DNA of 64,000 nucleotides. Origin: Candidatus Moranbacteria bacterium GW2011_GWC2_40_12. GTDB lineage: Bacteria; Patescibacteriota; Minisyncoccia; Moranbacterales; UBA11712. Made by a program: the position numbers and the translations under genes. This document shows positions 44,957-54,287 of the stretch, piece after piece. Below the pieces are notes generated by a model. It was not told the origin of the DNA, did no database searches, and was given only the letters and a program-made list of their open reading frames with translations. Every line of letters starts with the position of its first letter. Position 1 is the stretch's first letter. Location of the stretch: the NCBI GenBank assembly GCA_000995965.1, contig LBYD01000001.1:207265-271264 (forward strand). Reading direction: 5' to 3'.

Positions 44957-46273
44957 TTATTTACGCAGGGCTTCGATAGGCGAGAGTTTTGACGCTTTCC
45001 AGGCCGGATAAATTCCAAAAATGATGCCCGTGACAGCTGAAAAGCTGACCGCCACCAAAATTGTGCTCACTGGAACAGAGAACTGGAGAAAAAAACCAAG
45101 CCGGACCAAAAAACTGTTGAGAAGATACGTCGCCGCGATGCCTAAAATGATTCCCACGGCCCCCCCCAAAAGCGTGACAATGACGGCCTCAAAGAGAAAC
45201 TGGCGCAAAATCCCCGAACTTGAAGCGCCCACTGCCTTGCGAAGGCCGATTTCGCGCGTTCGTTCAGTGACCGCCACATACATGACGTTCATTATTCCCA
45301 CTCCGCCAACAATCAAGGAAATCGATGTGAGCGCGAGAAGAAGATAGTTTATCGTCCCGAAAACTTTGTCGATCATCGCTTTTCCCTCTGCCGCCGACAT
45401 GACGACAAAATCTTCCTTGTCCGGATCGGTGATATCATGCTCCTCGCGCATCACGTCGCGGATATCCACGGCCGTTTCTTCGATGCGCGAAGTGTCTTTC
45501 ACTTTGAAAGTGATAAACTGGACATAGTCAATGCCCATCAATTTCTTGTTGAGTGTTTTGAGAGGAATATAAATCGCGTCGTCAAAATTGAAAAATCCGG
45601 CCGCTCCCCGCTCGCGAACAACTCCGATGACGCGATAGCTTTGGCTTTTGATTTTGATATTTTTTCCGACCGCGTCCCCTTCCCCAAAAAAACTTTTTTT
45701 GACGCCCGCGCCGATAACCGCCACTTGAGCCGCGCCAGATTCGTCGCCCTCCGAAAAAAAAGCCCCATCCTCGAGCTGGATCTGGCGGTCAATTTCAGTG
45801 TAGCTGGGATTCACTCCGAAAAGAATCACCCGTTTATTCACGTTGGAATAGCTCACCAGCTCCTGGTCAATATTTCCAGCGCTCCAAAGCTTTATATTCG
45901 GGATTCTGGCCACTGCTTCCGCGTCTTTCTCTTTGAGCGTTGTGATTGCGAGGCCCGTCCCCCGCCCGGCAATATTTTCTGATGATGTTTCCGAGACTCC
46001 CGGCACTTTCACCTCAACTTGGACATAATCCGTTCCGAAAACCTCGATTTGCCCCAGGACATAGTTTTTGAGCCCCGCCCCGCCTGCCATCACAATGATG
46101 ACGGAAGTGATCCCGATCACGATTCCCAGCACCGTGAGCGCCGTGCGAAGCATGTTGGCGCGCAAGTTGCGAAACGCCAAACGAAACACCACTGTCCACT
46201 CGTGGGGAGAACGGATAGTGAGATGGAGAAGGGAGTGGAAAATATTTTTTATGCGAGATAAACTTTTCGCCAT
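44957..46273 (-). CDS. MacB/FtsX-family ABC permease
   Basis: RTALTVLGIVIGI, ISLIVGGVGIMNVM and ERTREIGLRKAVGA. Confidence 0.95.
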   Translation of the reverse strand: MAKSLSRIKNIFHSLLHLTIRSPHEWTVVFRLAFRNLRANMLRTALTVLGIVIGITSVIIVMAGGAGLKNYVLGQIEVFGTDYVQVEVKVPGVSETSSENIAGRGTGLAITTLKEKDAEAVARIPNIKLWSAGNIDQELVSYSNVNKRVILFGVNPSYTEIDRQIQLEDGAFFSEGDESGAAQVAVIGAGVKKSFFGEGDAVGKNIKIKSQSYRVIGVVRERGAAGFFNFDDAIYIPLKTLNKKLMGIDYVQFITFKVKDTSRIEETAVDIRDVMREEHDITDPDKEDFVVMSAAEGKAMIDKVFGTINYLLLALTSISLIVGGVGIMNVMYVAVTERTREIGLRKAVGASSSGILRQFLFEAVIVTLLGGAVGIILGIAATYLLNSFLVRLGFFLQFSVPVSTILVAVSFSAVTGIIFGIYPAWKASKLSPIEALRK

Positions 46274-46315
46274 AAATATGTTCTCGTAATTTGCAATTGG
46301 CAATTTCGCTCGCTC

Positions 46316-46331
46316 TGCCTGCCGGCAGGCA
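46316..46331. repeat. Perfect palindrome TGCCTGCCGGCAGGCA inside an intergenic heptamer array
   Basis: 16-nt self-complementary sequence surrounded by AATTGGC/AATTTGC-type units. Confidence 0.7.
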
Positions 46332-46393
46332 AGTCGCTGCAATTCGGATAGGATTGCAGAAAATCCAAATTATGAATTACTGATTCCAAATCA

Positions 46394-47635
46394 CTATTCA
46401 TAACGCAGCGCTTCCGTGATATTCAGTTTTGCGGCTTTGCGGGCCGGGTATATCCCGAAAAAAATCCCAATACCCGCCGAAATGAAGACAGCCAAAAAAA
46501 TCGACGAAAAAGTGACGATAAACGGCCAATGATAGCCAAGTTTTTGGATAATCAGCGCCGCAAGAGCTGAAATCGCCACGCCCCCCAAAATTCCAACCGC
46601 CCCGCCAATCAGTGTGACCACCACAGATTCGATGAGAAACTGGAACAATATGGCTGAATTTTTCGCTCCTATGGCTTTGCGAAGCCCCACCTCGCGGATC
46701 CGCTGGTTGACCGAAATGAGCATCGTATTCATAATCCCCACTCCGCCGACCATGAGAGAAATCGCCGCGATGGCTACCAAAAAATATTTTATCGCTCCAG
46801 TCACATTCTCGATGGCATCAAGTCCCGCTTTTTGATCCCTGACGGAAAAGTCATCATCAGCCTCTTTTTTGATGCCATGCTGATCGCGGAGAGTGATGGT
46901 GACATCCGCTTTTGCCCGGTCAATATTGTCTTCACTGTCAACTTTGAGGCGAATGAAGTTGAGATAATCCACTCCGAGCATTATTTTCTGGGCCGTGAAA
47001 AGCGGCATAAAGACAGTCGTATCCTGATTGGAAAAAGCGGTTGAGCCTCTTTTTTTGAAAATTCCGATCACTTCAAAGCTCTGGTCGCTGATTTTTATTT
47101 TTTTTCCGACAGCATCGCCTTCTCCAAAAAGATCCGCGGCCACTTCAGATCCCAGAACCGCGAGGCGCGCGAGGCTGGTTTCCTCTTCCTTGGTGAAAAA
47201 ACGGCCGCTTTCTATTTCAGCGTTTTCGACATTTATATAACTGGCTGTTGTTCCTTGAAAAGTATAATTTTTATCTATTCCTTCGTATTGAACCGTATCG
47301 TTTCCGCTAATATACGCAGTTCCATCCACAACATTGGGTACATTGTTTTTTTGAAGAAGCGCTTTCATATCGTCGTATTTGAGGGTCGTGATGACTACTC
47401 CAAGAGCGCTTGCCGGCGGGCCTGATTCTTCCGAGGCTCCCGGCAAAACACCGATGAGGTTTGAGCCGACTCCGCGCACCTGGTCCAAAATAAGCTCCTG
47501 GGCGCTCGTTCCGATAGCCATTATGATTATCACAGAAGCAATCCCGATCACGATTCCGAGAATCGTCAAAAAAGAGCGGAATTTGGCAGCCATTAAATTC
47601 TTATATGCTATTTTTATCGGATCCGATAATCTCAC
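46394..47635 (-). CDS. MacB/FtsX-family ABC permease
   Basis: RSFLTILGIVIGIASV, ISLMVGGVGIMN and EALRYE. Confidence 0.95.
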   Translation of the reverse strand: MRLSDPIKIAYKNLMAAKFRSFLTILGIVIGIASVIIIMAIGTSAQELILDQVRGVGSNLIGVLPGASEESGPPASALGVVITTLKYDDMKALLQKNNVPNVVDGTAYISGNDTVQYEGIDKNYTFQGTTASYINVENAEIESGRFFTKEEETSLARLAVLGSEVAADLFGEGDAVGKKIKISDQSFEVIGIFKKRGSTAFSNQDTTVFMPLFTAQKIMLGVDYLNFIRLKVDSEDNIDRAKADVTITLRDQHGIKKEADDDFSVRDQKAGLDAIENVTGAIKYFLVAIAAISLMVGGVGIMNTMLISVNQRIREVGLRKAIGAKNSAILFQFLIESVVVTLIGGAVGILGGVAISALAALIIQKLGYHWPFIVTFSSIFLAVFISAGIGIFFGIYPARKAAKLNITEALRYE

Positions 47636-47753
47636 AACGATTCAATAAATATCAAAAAAGAATTGTGAATTTAGAACAAGAATACGGAATATAGAATTCT
47701 AGATTCGATATTCCGGATTCCCATTCACAATTCTAAATTCCCAATTCTCAATT

Positions 47754-48479
47754 CTATTTCAATAATTCTTCCTCCCCGTCGGCGATTCTTCTTTTTTTCA
47801 CCAGATAATCATTTTCCACCTTTCCGTCAAGCATCTGTATGATTCTTTTGGCGTGTTCGGAGGTATAGGTTTCATGGGTAACCATGACGATCGTATGGCC
47901 GTCGTTGTTGAGGCGCTGGAGAATCCGCATTATCTGGAGGCCGTTTTTTGAATCCAAATTTCCCGTCGGTTCGTCCGCGAGAATCAGCGCGGGGTCATTG
48001 ACCAGAGCCCGGGCAATCGCCACGCGCTGCTGCTCTCCGCCCGACAGCTGATTGGAAAAATTGCTGATCCTGTTTTCAAGATTCACCGACCGAAGCGCAT
48101 CGTGAACTTTTCTGTTCAGAAGGCCGCGGGATTCCTTCCTCTCGTCATAAAGAAGCGGCAATTCCACGTTCTCAAAAACTGTTGTCCGGGGAAGAAGATT
48201 GAAAGACTGGAAAACAAAGCCGATTTTCTGGTTTCGGAGAAAGGCCAAATCGTCGTCCGAAAAATTTTTTGTATCTTTTCCCTGAAAAAAATACTCACCG
48301 TCCGTCGGCCGGTCCAAAAATCCGAGAAGCTGCATCAGAGTCGATTTTCCGCTGCCGCTCGGACCCATGATTGATACGAATTCCCCGTCGGCTATGTCAA
48401 AAGTAACCCCGCAAAGGGCGCGGGTGACAATGCCTTCATTGTCGTATTCTTTGCAAAGATTTTTGACTGAAATTAACAA
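47754..48479 (-). CDS. ABC transporter ATP-binding protein
   Basis: [18 protein letters not shown] and [10 protein letters not shown]. Confidence 0.96.
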   Translation of the reverse strand: MLISVKNLCKEYDNEGIVTRALCGVTFDIADGEFVSIMGPSGSGKSTLMQLLGFLDRPTDGEYFFQGKDTKNFSDDDLAFLRNQKIGFVFQSFNLLPRTTVFENVELPLLYDERKESRGLLNRKVHDALRSVNLENRISNFSNQLSGGEQQRVAIARALVNDPALILADEPTGNLDSKNGLQIMRILQRLNNDGHTIVMVTHETYTSEHAKRIIQMLDGKVENDYLVKKRRIADGEEELLK

Positions 48480-48573
48480 AAGTAATTGGTAATTTGTAAC
48501 TAGTAATTGGGAAAAAATCGGAAAGCAAATATCCGAATTACGAATTGCTAATTACGAATTACATGCACAAACA

Positions 48574-49887
48574 TTATTTTGTCGAAGTAATCACCTGCTC
48601 TCCTTCCCTAAGCCCGCTCACTACTTCTATCATCCCCCCGTCCCCTTTCATTCCGGTTTTCACTTCCCGCTCGGACGCCTTTTTGTTTTCAAGAATCTGG
48701 ACGAACTTTTTTCCTTCAACGTCTTTCAACGCCCGCTCCGGAATTTGGAGGACACTCTTTTTTTCCGCCAATAAAATGTCTATATCAGCGCTCATCCCGT
48801 CCTTGAATCTTGAATCATCGCTGTCCATTGCGAATTTCACGATATAATCAACAACATCCTGGACCACGGTCGCCGAAGGATCAATGGAGACAACGGCCGC
48901 TTGGAATGTTTCATCCGCAGAAAATGCATCGAAAGAGACGCTCCCTTTTTGGCCGACTTTCACTTTTGCGATATCGGATTCGGGGACTTTCGCTTCCAGG
49001 ATGAAATCATAGGAAATCATTTTGGCGAACGAGTCAGTCGAAGTGGCGCCGATCACTTCACCGGTTTTGAAGTTCACTTCCTTTATCATTCCATTGGCTG
49101 GAGCGCGAAGAGCCGCTTTTCCAAGATTATTTACGGCGGTTTCATAGGCCGCTGCAAAACTTGCCACATTGGCGTCTTTTCCGGCTCTGACATAGTCGGA
49201 CTGATTGGCATCCAAGGCGGCTTCGGCCGTGTCCAATTTGTTTTCGGCCGAAGTTTCAGCCAAGTCGGCTGTCTGGTCGGCAACATCCAGCGCGTCCTTG
49301 GCCTGCTCGTAGTTTGCTTCGGCAGTGTCAAGGGTAAGCTTGGCCGATTTTGTAACCGAGCTGTCCGACCCGTTTTCATCTTTTACTTTGTTATAAAAAG
49401 TCTGGGCGTCATCGTAATAATTTTTCGTGTCGGAGACTTTTTGCTCGGCGGAAGCGATATTTTTCTTGTTGAGGCTTTTCGTGTCATCCAGGAACTTTTC
49501 GGCGTTCTCGACTTCAACTTTGGCGCTGTGGATGCTGTCAAAGTTCATTCCGGCATCGGCCCGGGCTTTTTCAAGATTAGCCCTGGCCTGGTCAACTGCC
49601 AGCTGCAGGCCCGTGTTGTCAATGGACCCGATGATGTCCCCTTTCCCAACTTTTTGCCCGACTCTGACGTCAACCGAGCTTACTCGCCCCGTTGTCTCAA
49701 AATTGAGCGCGATTGTGTCGTTGGCTTTGAGCGTCCCGGAAACTGAAACGGTTTCTTTGAGATCGCCAAATACTGCTTCAGAAGCGGCATACTCCACCGT
49801 CGGCTGGCGAAGGACGGAGAAATAAACAGCCCCGCCGAGAAAAGCAACTGCGAGCAAGGTCCAAATTATAGTTTTGCGCTGAAACAT
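48574..49887 (-). CDS. MacA-like periplasmic adaptor
   Basis: TM anchor, long coiled coil, LRAPANG, VPESDIAKVKVGQ and EVVSGLREGEQV. Confidence 0.92.
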   Translation of the reverse strand: MFQRKTIIWTLLAVAFLGGAVYFSVLRQPTVEYAASEAVFGDLKETVSVSGTLKANDTIALNFETTGRVSSVDVRVGQKVGKGDIIGSIDNTGLQLAVDQARANLEKARADAGMNFDSIHSAKVEVENAEKFLDDTKSLNKKNIASAEQKVSDTKNYYDDAQTFYNKVKDENGSDSSVTKSAKLTLDTAEANYEQAKDALDVADQTADLAETSAENKLDTAEAALDANQSDYVRAGKDANVASFAAAYETAVNNLGKAALRAPANGMIKEVNFKTGEVIGATSTDSFAKMISYDFILEAKVPESDIAKVKVGQKGSVSFDAFSADETFQAAVVSIDPSATVVQDVVDYIVKFAMDSDDSRFKDGMSADIDILLAEKKSVLQIPERALKDVEGKKFVQILENKKASEREVKTGMKGDGGMIEVVSGLREGEQVITSTK

Positions 49888-49908
49888 AATTTATAATAAT
49901 TCCAATTT

Positions 49909-50682
49909 TTATTTTATGCTGAATTTCACTCTGCTTAGTCTTTCTAAATCGCTGAATATCATGTTTTCGATGGTATCCAGGTTTTCCATTCCGAAGATGT
50001 ATTTTTTTTCGGCTGCAAAATATTGGCCCTCTTTTGCCGCAAAATCCTCATGCGCCGCATCCAGATCAGACATGTTTTCCGTTTTCATTGCCGCAACGTC
50101 TTCTATTTTTATGAGAAAAGAATTCATGGATTCTTTAAGGGCTTGGGCTTCCAGCTGGAGGCTCTGCGGCAAGACATCAACGTTCACTTTGCTACCCGTT
50201 TCTCTGGCTTGTGCGATAATATTTTTCATTTCGTCAAGCGAAACATTCTCCTCTACCTCCCCAAAAACCGCCGAAACTTCAAAAATTTGATTCTTATAAT
50301 CGATAATTCCTTTGAGATCAGTTGCTTCCCATGCCAGTTTTGAATAGTAATTTTCCGCCAGCTCCTTCGTGTCCTCTGCCATTCTTGGGGCGTTGAGACT
50401 CGCGACTTCTTTCTTTGCCGCTTCGGCTTCATTGATTATGGCCTCGAGTTCAGCAGAAAATTGTTTTGATTCATCGCGGATCTGGGATATCTCTTTTTTG
50501 CTGTTGTTCCGGAAGCTCGCTTCGATTTTTTCAATTTGCAAAGCGAGGTTGTGCTTTGCCTGGATCTGGGAGACTTGCCCGGCAAAACTCCGGATTTTTT
50601 CCCCGTTTAAAAAGCCGTAGGAAAAAGTCGCCACAGCGGCAAAAAGAAACACCAAAAGAAAATAAAGAATGAATTTTCTCAT
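49909..50682 (-). CDS. Hypothetical membrane-anchored helical protein
   Basis: N-terminal TM/signal segment followed by amphipathic helices; 257 aa. Confidence 0.7.
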   Translation of the reverse strand: MRKFILYFLLVFLFAAVATFSYGFLNGEKIRSFAGQVSQIQAKHNLALQIEKIEASFRNNSKKEISQIRDESKQFSAELEAIINEAEAAKKEVASLNAPRMAEDTKELAENYYSKLAWEATDLKGIIDYKNQIFEVSAVFGEVEENVSLDEMKNIIAQARETGSKVNVDVLPQSLQLEAQALKESMNSFLIKIEDVAAMKTENMSDLDAAHEDFAAKEGQYFAAEKKYIFGMENLDTIENMIFSDLERLSRVKFSIK

Positions 50683-50741
50683 TGATATAATTATGCTTCA
50701 GGAAAAAAGAAAAAGCAAGAAGGGCTTGATGATGAAAATTG

Positions 50742-50813
50742 CACGGGCGCCAGGATTCGAACCTGAAATAACAGTTTTGGAGACTGTTGTGATAGCCATT
50801 TCACTACGCCCGC
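50742..50813 (-). tRNA. tRNA-Trp (CCA)
   Basis: Reverse complement GCGGGCGTAGTGAAATGGCTATCACA-ACAGT-CTCCAAA-ACTGT-TATTTCAGGTTCGAATCCTGGCGCCCGTG. Confidence 0.93.
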
Positions 50814-50895
50814 GTTTTATGAATATGGGTTATGAACGCCAAAAACAATTTGGAACAAATTTATTCCTAATTTATAAATCCTAAATCTAAAAAAC

Positions 50896-51054
50896 CTACA
50901 CCTTCCCCTCTTTGTGCGGGGTGTGCTTCCGGCATTTTTTGCAAAACTTTTTGAGACCAAGCTTTTCTTTGATTTTTTTCTTGTTGCGAAAAGTGTGATA
51001 GTTCACTTTCTTGCAAACTTCGCACCTGAGTGTCACGAGATTGTCTTGAGACAT
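50896..51054 (-). CDS. rpmG: 50S ribosomal protein L33 (Zn-binding type; absent from the ORF track)
   Basis: Translated by hand as MSQDNLVTLRCEVCKKVNYHTFRNKKKIKEKLGLKKFCKKCRKHTPHKEGKV. Confidence 0.96.
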   Translation of the reverse strand: MSQDNLVTLRCEVCKKVNYHTFRNKKKIKEKLGLKKFCKKCRKHTPHKEGKV

Positions 51055-51190
51055 AAAAAATTCAAAATTAAAAAATCAAAATGGAGAATGACAATTGAAA
51101 ATCCAAAATGGGAAAATGATAAAGTGATTTTGATATTCGAGAATTTAACACTTTACATTGTCATTTTGAATTTTGATATTTGCATTTTAC
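51055..51190. repeat. Inverted heptamer-array (MITE-like) element
   Basis: AATTAAAAAATCAAA..AATGACAAT is shared with 23370; a reverse-complement arm ATTGTCATTTTGAATTTTGA follows. Confidence 0.7.
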
Positions 51191-51198
51191 ATAAACTG

Positions 51199-52083
51199 TC
51201 AGTCTATTCTTTCCCACGTATTTAGCTCCGGATCATATTCGAATGAAGCTATGAAATCATCCACGTTTTCGTATTTGTCTGTCCCTGTTTTGAGTTCAAA
51301 ATCGTCTTCTCCCATTTCCCAGTATGCCAATGACTTGATGTCATATCCGCCTCCGGATTTCGCGGCAGTTTCGAGCAGAACTTTTTTGGCAGTATCTTCT
51401 TCTATCTCAGAATTCTCGTCATCTTCGATAGAATCATAGTATTCCACATAAACATTGCGCTCGTCAACAAAATCCACTGTGAGGACAACCCACTTTTCAT
51501 ATTTCGCTTTTTGGGGCACGACGGAATTGATATTGGTCGCCAGCCAGTTCATAAGCGTTTTTCTGCTCTCAATAAGGTCTTTATCCGTTTCCGCTCCCGC
51601 GCATTTCACCTGAGATACGGCAATTTCATTTTTGGCCGCGTTTTTGAGGCCCTGCACCTCCACCTCGCGATCCTCGAAATAATCTAGCTTGAAAAGGTCG
51701 CTTCCGGTCAGTCCGGAACTTTCTGTCCCTTCGATATAATACCGGTAGCTTTTGAATTGGGAAGGCGTGTCGTCCGGATAAACTTTCCGAAGTTTTCCGG
51801 AAACATTTGACGTATCGCCCGACTGATCCGCAATTTTGAGCCATTCTCCTTTTTCGCAAATGGCGTTGTAGTCAGTTTCGTCCTCTTCGCTGAAGATTTC
51901 ATCGTCTGCCCCATCGCCCGAAAGAATGCTTTCGAGGCTGTCAGCGGCATTTTCTCCGTCTTTAGCTTGAGGTCCATTCGGGAGATTTTTCCCCCGGTTG
52001 CCGAAGCTTTGGTACCAAAGAAATCCGGCAAAGATGAGAGCGACTGCGACAATCCCTCCCCAGATGAGTTTTGATTTGTTCAT
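51199..52083 (-). CDS. Hypothetical acidic membrane-anchored extracellular protein
   Basis: N-terminal TM helix, Asp/Glu-rich body with two Cys. Confidence 0.75.
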   Translation of the reverse strand: MNKSKLIWGGIVAVALIFAGFLWYQSFGNRGKNLPNGPQAKDGENAADSLESILSGDGADDEIFSEEDETDYNAICEKGEWLKIADQSGDTSNVSGKLRKVYPDDTPSQFKSYRYYIEGTESSGLTGSDLFKLDYFEDREVEVQGLKNAAKNEIAVSQVKCAGAETDKDLIESRKTLMNWLATNINSVVPQKAKYEKWVVLTVDFVDERNVYVEYYDSIEDDENSEIEEDTAKKVLLETAAKSGGGYDIKSLAYWEMGEDDFELKTGTDKYENVDDFIASFEYDPELNTWERID

Positions 52084-52155
52084 GTGTTTTAGTTTTACAT
52101 ATTATATATGAAGTATAAAGCATATTTGTTTTTTTTCAAATGCCTCCAGCATTTG

Positions 52156-52338
52156 AGCCCACGAGCAGATTCGAACTGCTTACCTGCTCCCTGCCATGCC
52201 TGCCCGCAAAGCCTGAGCCGATGACCGGATTTGAACCGGTGACCTACTCCTTACCATGGAGTTGCTCTACCAGCTGAGCTACATCGGCATTATGCGAAGG
52301 CAGGCGGGGAGCTGCTCTGCCAAGTGAGCAGCACGGGC
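52156..52338 (-). pseudogene. Interrupted tRNA-like gene surrounding the intact tRNA-Thr
   Basis: 5' half GCCCGTGCTGCTCACTTGGCAGAGCAGCTCC and 3' half ATGGCAGGGAGCAGGTAAGCAGTTCGAATCTGCTCGTGGGCT pair as acceptor, D, anticodon and T stems. Confidence 0.65.
52216..52288 (-). tRNA. tRNA-Thr (GGT)
   Basis: Reverse complement GCCGATGTAGCTCAGCTGGTAGAGCA-ACTCC-ATGGTAA-GGAGT-AGGTCACCGGTTCAAATCCGGTCATCGGCT. Confidence 0.95.
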
Positions 52339-52486
52339 ATGCTGTTTTTTTAGCCAAGTGCCGTGCCTAGCCGCAGTTTCAGTGGAGACGGGAACCGCAC
52401 AGGCGCTTCAACGCAAAAATATATTAGCACGGGAAAAAAAATTCAACAATATGGCGCGTTAGGCAATTTATTGCTATAATTTTGTC

Positions 52487-52966
52487 ATGGTCATCAAATT
52501 TGTGTATACAATTTTTCTCGCTCTGCTCATCGCTCTTTTTGTGGGGCTTGGGATCAGCGCTTTTTATTCCGGTCCGAAGGAACCCTTGTATCCTGTGGAA
52601 CTCGAAGGCGAAAAGCCGGGCTGTGAAGAAACTGTGGAGCTCAGAAGCATGCGGGAAGAATTCAACCGTTCCCAGCGCGATTTCACGGAAAAATTCAAAT
52701 TATACAGCCGGAATGTATCGATAATTTCCATCAGCGCCGCCATTTTGATTCTTATCGTCAGCCTCACACTTCTTTCCAAGATAAGGATGATCGCCGATGG
52801 GATCCTGCTCGGCGGAGTTTTCACGACCGTTTATAGCATCATCCGCGGAGTCATGAGCGAAGACACGAAATTTCGCTTTTTGATCGTGACAATCGGGCTT
52901 CTCATCGCTCTCGTTTTAGGTTATATAAAATTCATCAAGCCGAAAGAAGAAGCCGAAAAAAAATAA
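52487..52966 (+). CDS. Hypothetical 4-TM membrane protein
   Basis: FVGLGISAFY..P..P and GILLGG motifs; TGnTATAAT 6 nt upstream suggests a leaderless mRNA. Confidence 0.8.
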   Translation: MVIKFVYTIFLALLIALFVGLGISAFYSGPKEPLYPVELEGEKPGCEETVELRSMREEFNRSQRDFTEKFKLYSRNVSIISISAAILILIVSLTLLSKIRMIADGILLGGVFTTVYSIIRGVMSEDTKFRFLIVTIGLLIALVLGYIKFIKPKEEAEKK

Positions 52967-53058
52967 TCTTTTTTTGTATTTAAACAACCCCGATGTTTCT
53001 TCGAGGCTGTTTTTTTATGCATATCTTCATTTCTGGCAAAAGGTCAGCCAATGCCAAG

Positions 53059-54012
53059 CTAGAGAATTGCGACATCGCAACTTTCATTGCATGCGCACAT
53101 AAATGCCCCATTATCCCCGTTATAAGTTGTATCGGCATTGCATCTGAATTCCGAACCCGGTGTCCGGAATTTGCAGGAATTTTCCTTGGTGCAGGTTGAA
53201 CCTGAGCTTTGCTGCGCGGCCACTACGCTAAACCCGCTGTTCACCGTCATCGTTCCCCTTTCCCACATATTTCGATATCTCACTTTATTTCTGTTGGTCA
53301 CGCTGTATTTCAGCCGATTCTTGTAGGTCAGGCTGATATTGTAGCTGCCAGCCGCCAATTTTCCATATTTGAATTTGGCCCTTATGATCGTATCTTCCCC
53401 GGATCTGGCAACCCGGGTGATCACGGCCTTTTTATTCCCCACTTTGAGCTTCAGCCATTTTTTGTTTTTGAAGGATTTTCCCAAGACAGTCAGGCTGAAA
53501 GTGGTTTTCGAGCTGCTTCGAGTTGATTGAAAAACTTCCACAATTCCGTCATTATCGCCGTCTGCGTCGTTCACCTGGAACGAAGGATGGATTGTTATCG
53601 CATCTTTGAGAGTATAATGCGCGTTCGGCGTGACGCCGCTGTCGAAAACAGTCAGATCCTGGCTGTCCTGGGCGTGCGTTCCGGCGGGAATGGTCGCCAG
53701 GATCGTCGAATCATCGGGAACCGAGATATTGCTTAGCAAGACAGAATCGTCAGTTGTGTCTTTTGAATCGTCCTCCCACGAACCGAGCTTCACGCCAATT
53801 GTTGTAATATTTGAAAAACCGGATCCGGTGATCGTCAGCCCGGTTGCCACATCATTATTCATTTCTGTCGGAGTGACGGAAGAAACCGTGAAAGATGAAT
53901 TGTTTTCGTTGTTCGCGTTGTTTGAGCTCTTCTTTTTATTGTTTTTCGCGCCTGCGAATGAGGGCAGCGCTATTGCCAGCGCGAGAACAAAGACCAGAAT
54001 TTTTTTCTTCAT
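53059..54012 (-). CDS. Secreted IPT/TIG-like domain protein with Cys-rich tail
   Basis: Signal peptide, VSSVTP..LTITGSGF..ILATIPAG and six Cys near the C-terminus. Confidence 0.75.
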   Translation of the reverse strand: MKKKILVFVLALAIALPSFAGAKNNKKKSSNNANNENNSSFTVSSVTPTEMNNDVATGLTITGSGFSNITTIGVKLGSWEDDSKDTTDDSVLLSNISVPDDSTILATIPAGTHAQDSQDLTVFDSGVTPNAHYTLKDAITIHPSFQVNDADGDNDGIVEVFQSTRSSSKTTFSLTVLGKSFKNKKWLKLKVGNKKAVITRVARSGEDTIIRAKFKYGKLAAGSYNISLTYKNRLKYSVTNRNKVRYRNMWERGTMTVNSGFSVVAAQQSSGSTCTKENSCKFRTPGSEFRCNADTTYNGDNGAFMCACNESCDVAIL

Positions 54013-54125
54013 TTTTTTGTTGAATTATTATTTAGCGTCATTTATATCATTATACACCCGACAAAAAAACGAAACAACCTTTCGAAAAGCGGTTTTTTTC
54101 GCAAGCCAGTTTGGGAGCGGACCGG

Positions 54126-54254
54126 CTAGACCAATTTCGAAAAAAAATACACCGCCGCCGCCACTGAATAGGCCACCTGAGCGGCAATCACCGCGATGCT
54201 CCCCAGAATCACGCCCAATCCCGCCTTGAGAGCCGCGCTACCTTTTTTCCCGCA
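54126..54254 (-). pseudogene. Possible C-terminal remnant of a membrane protein gene (DUF456-like)
   Basis: Start-less frame CGKKGSAALKAGLGVILGSIAVIAAQVAYSVAAAVYFFSKLV*. Confidence 0.3.
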
Positions 54255-54287
54255 TCAATGCGATCATTCCTGCTTCAAATCTGCCGG

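Noticed and set aside
52340..52415. Possible riboswitch or sRNA upstream of the nested tRNA
   Set aside because: Only short, weak pairings (GTGCCT/AGGCGC and GTTTC/GAGAC) and no recognisable aptamer.
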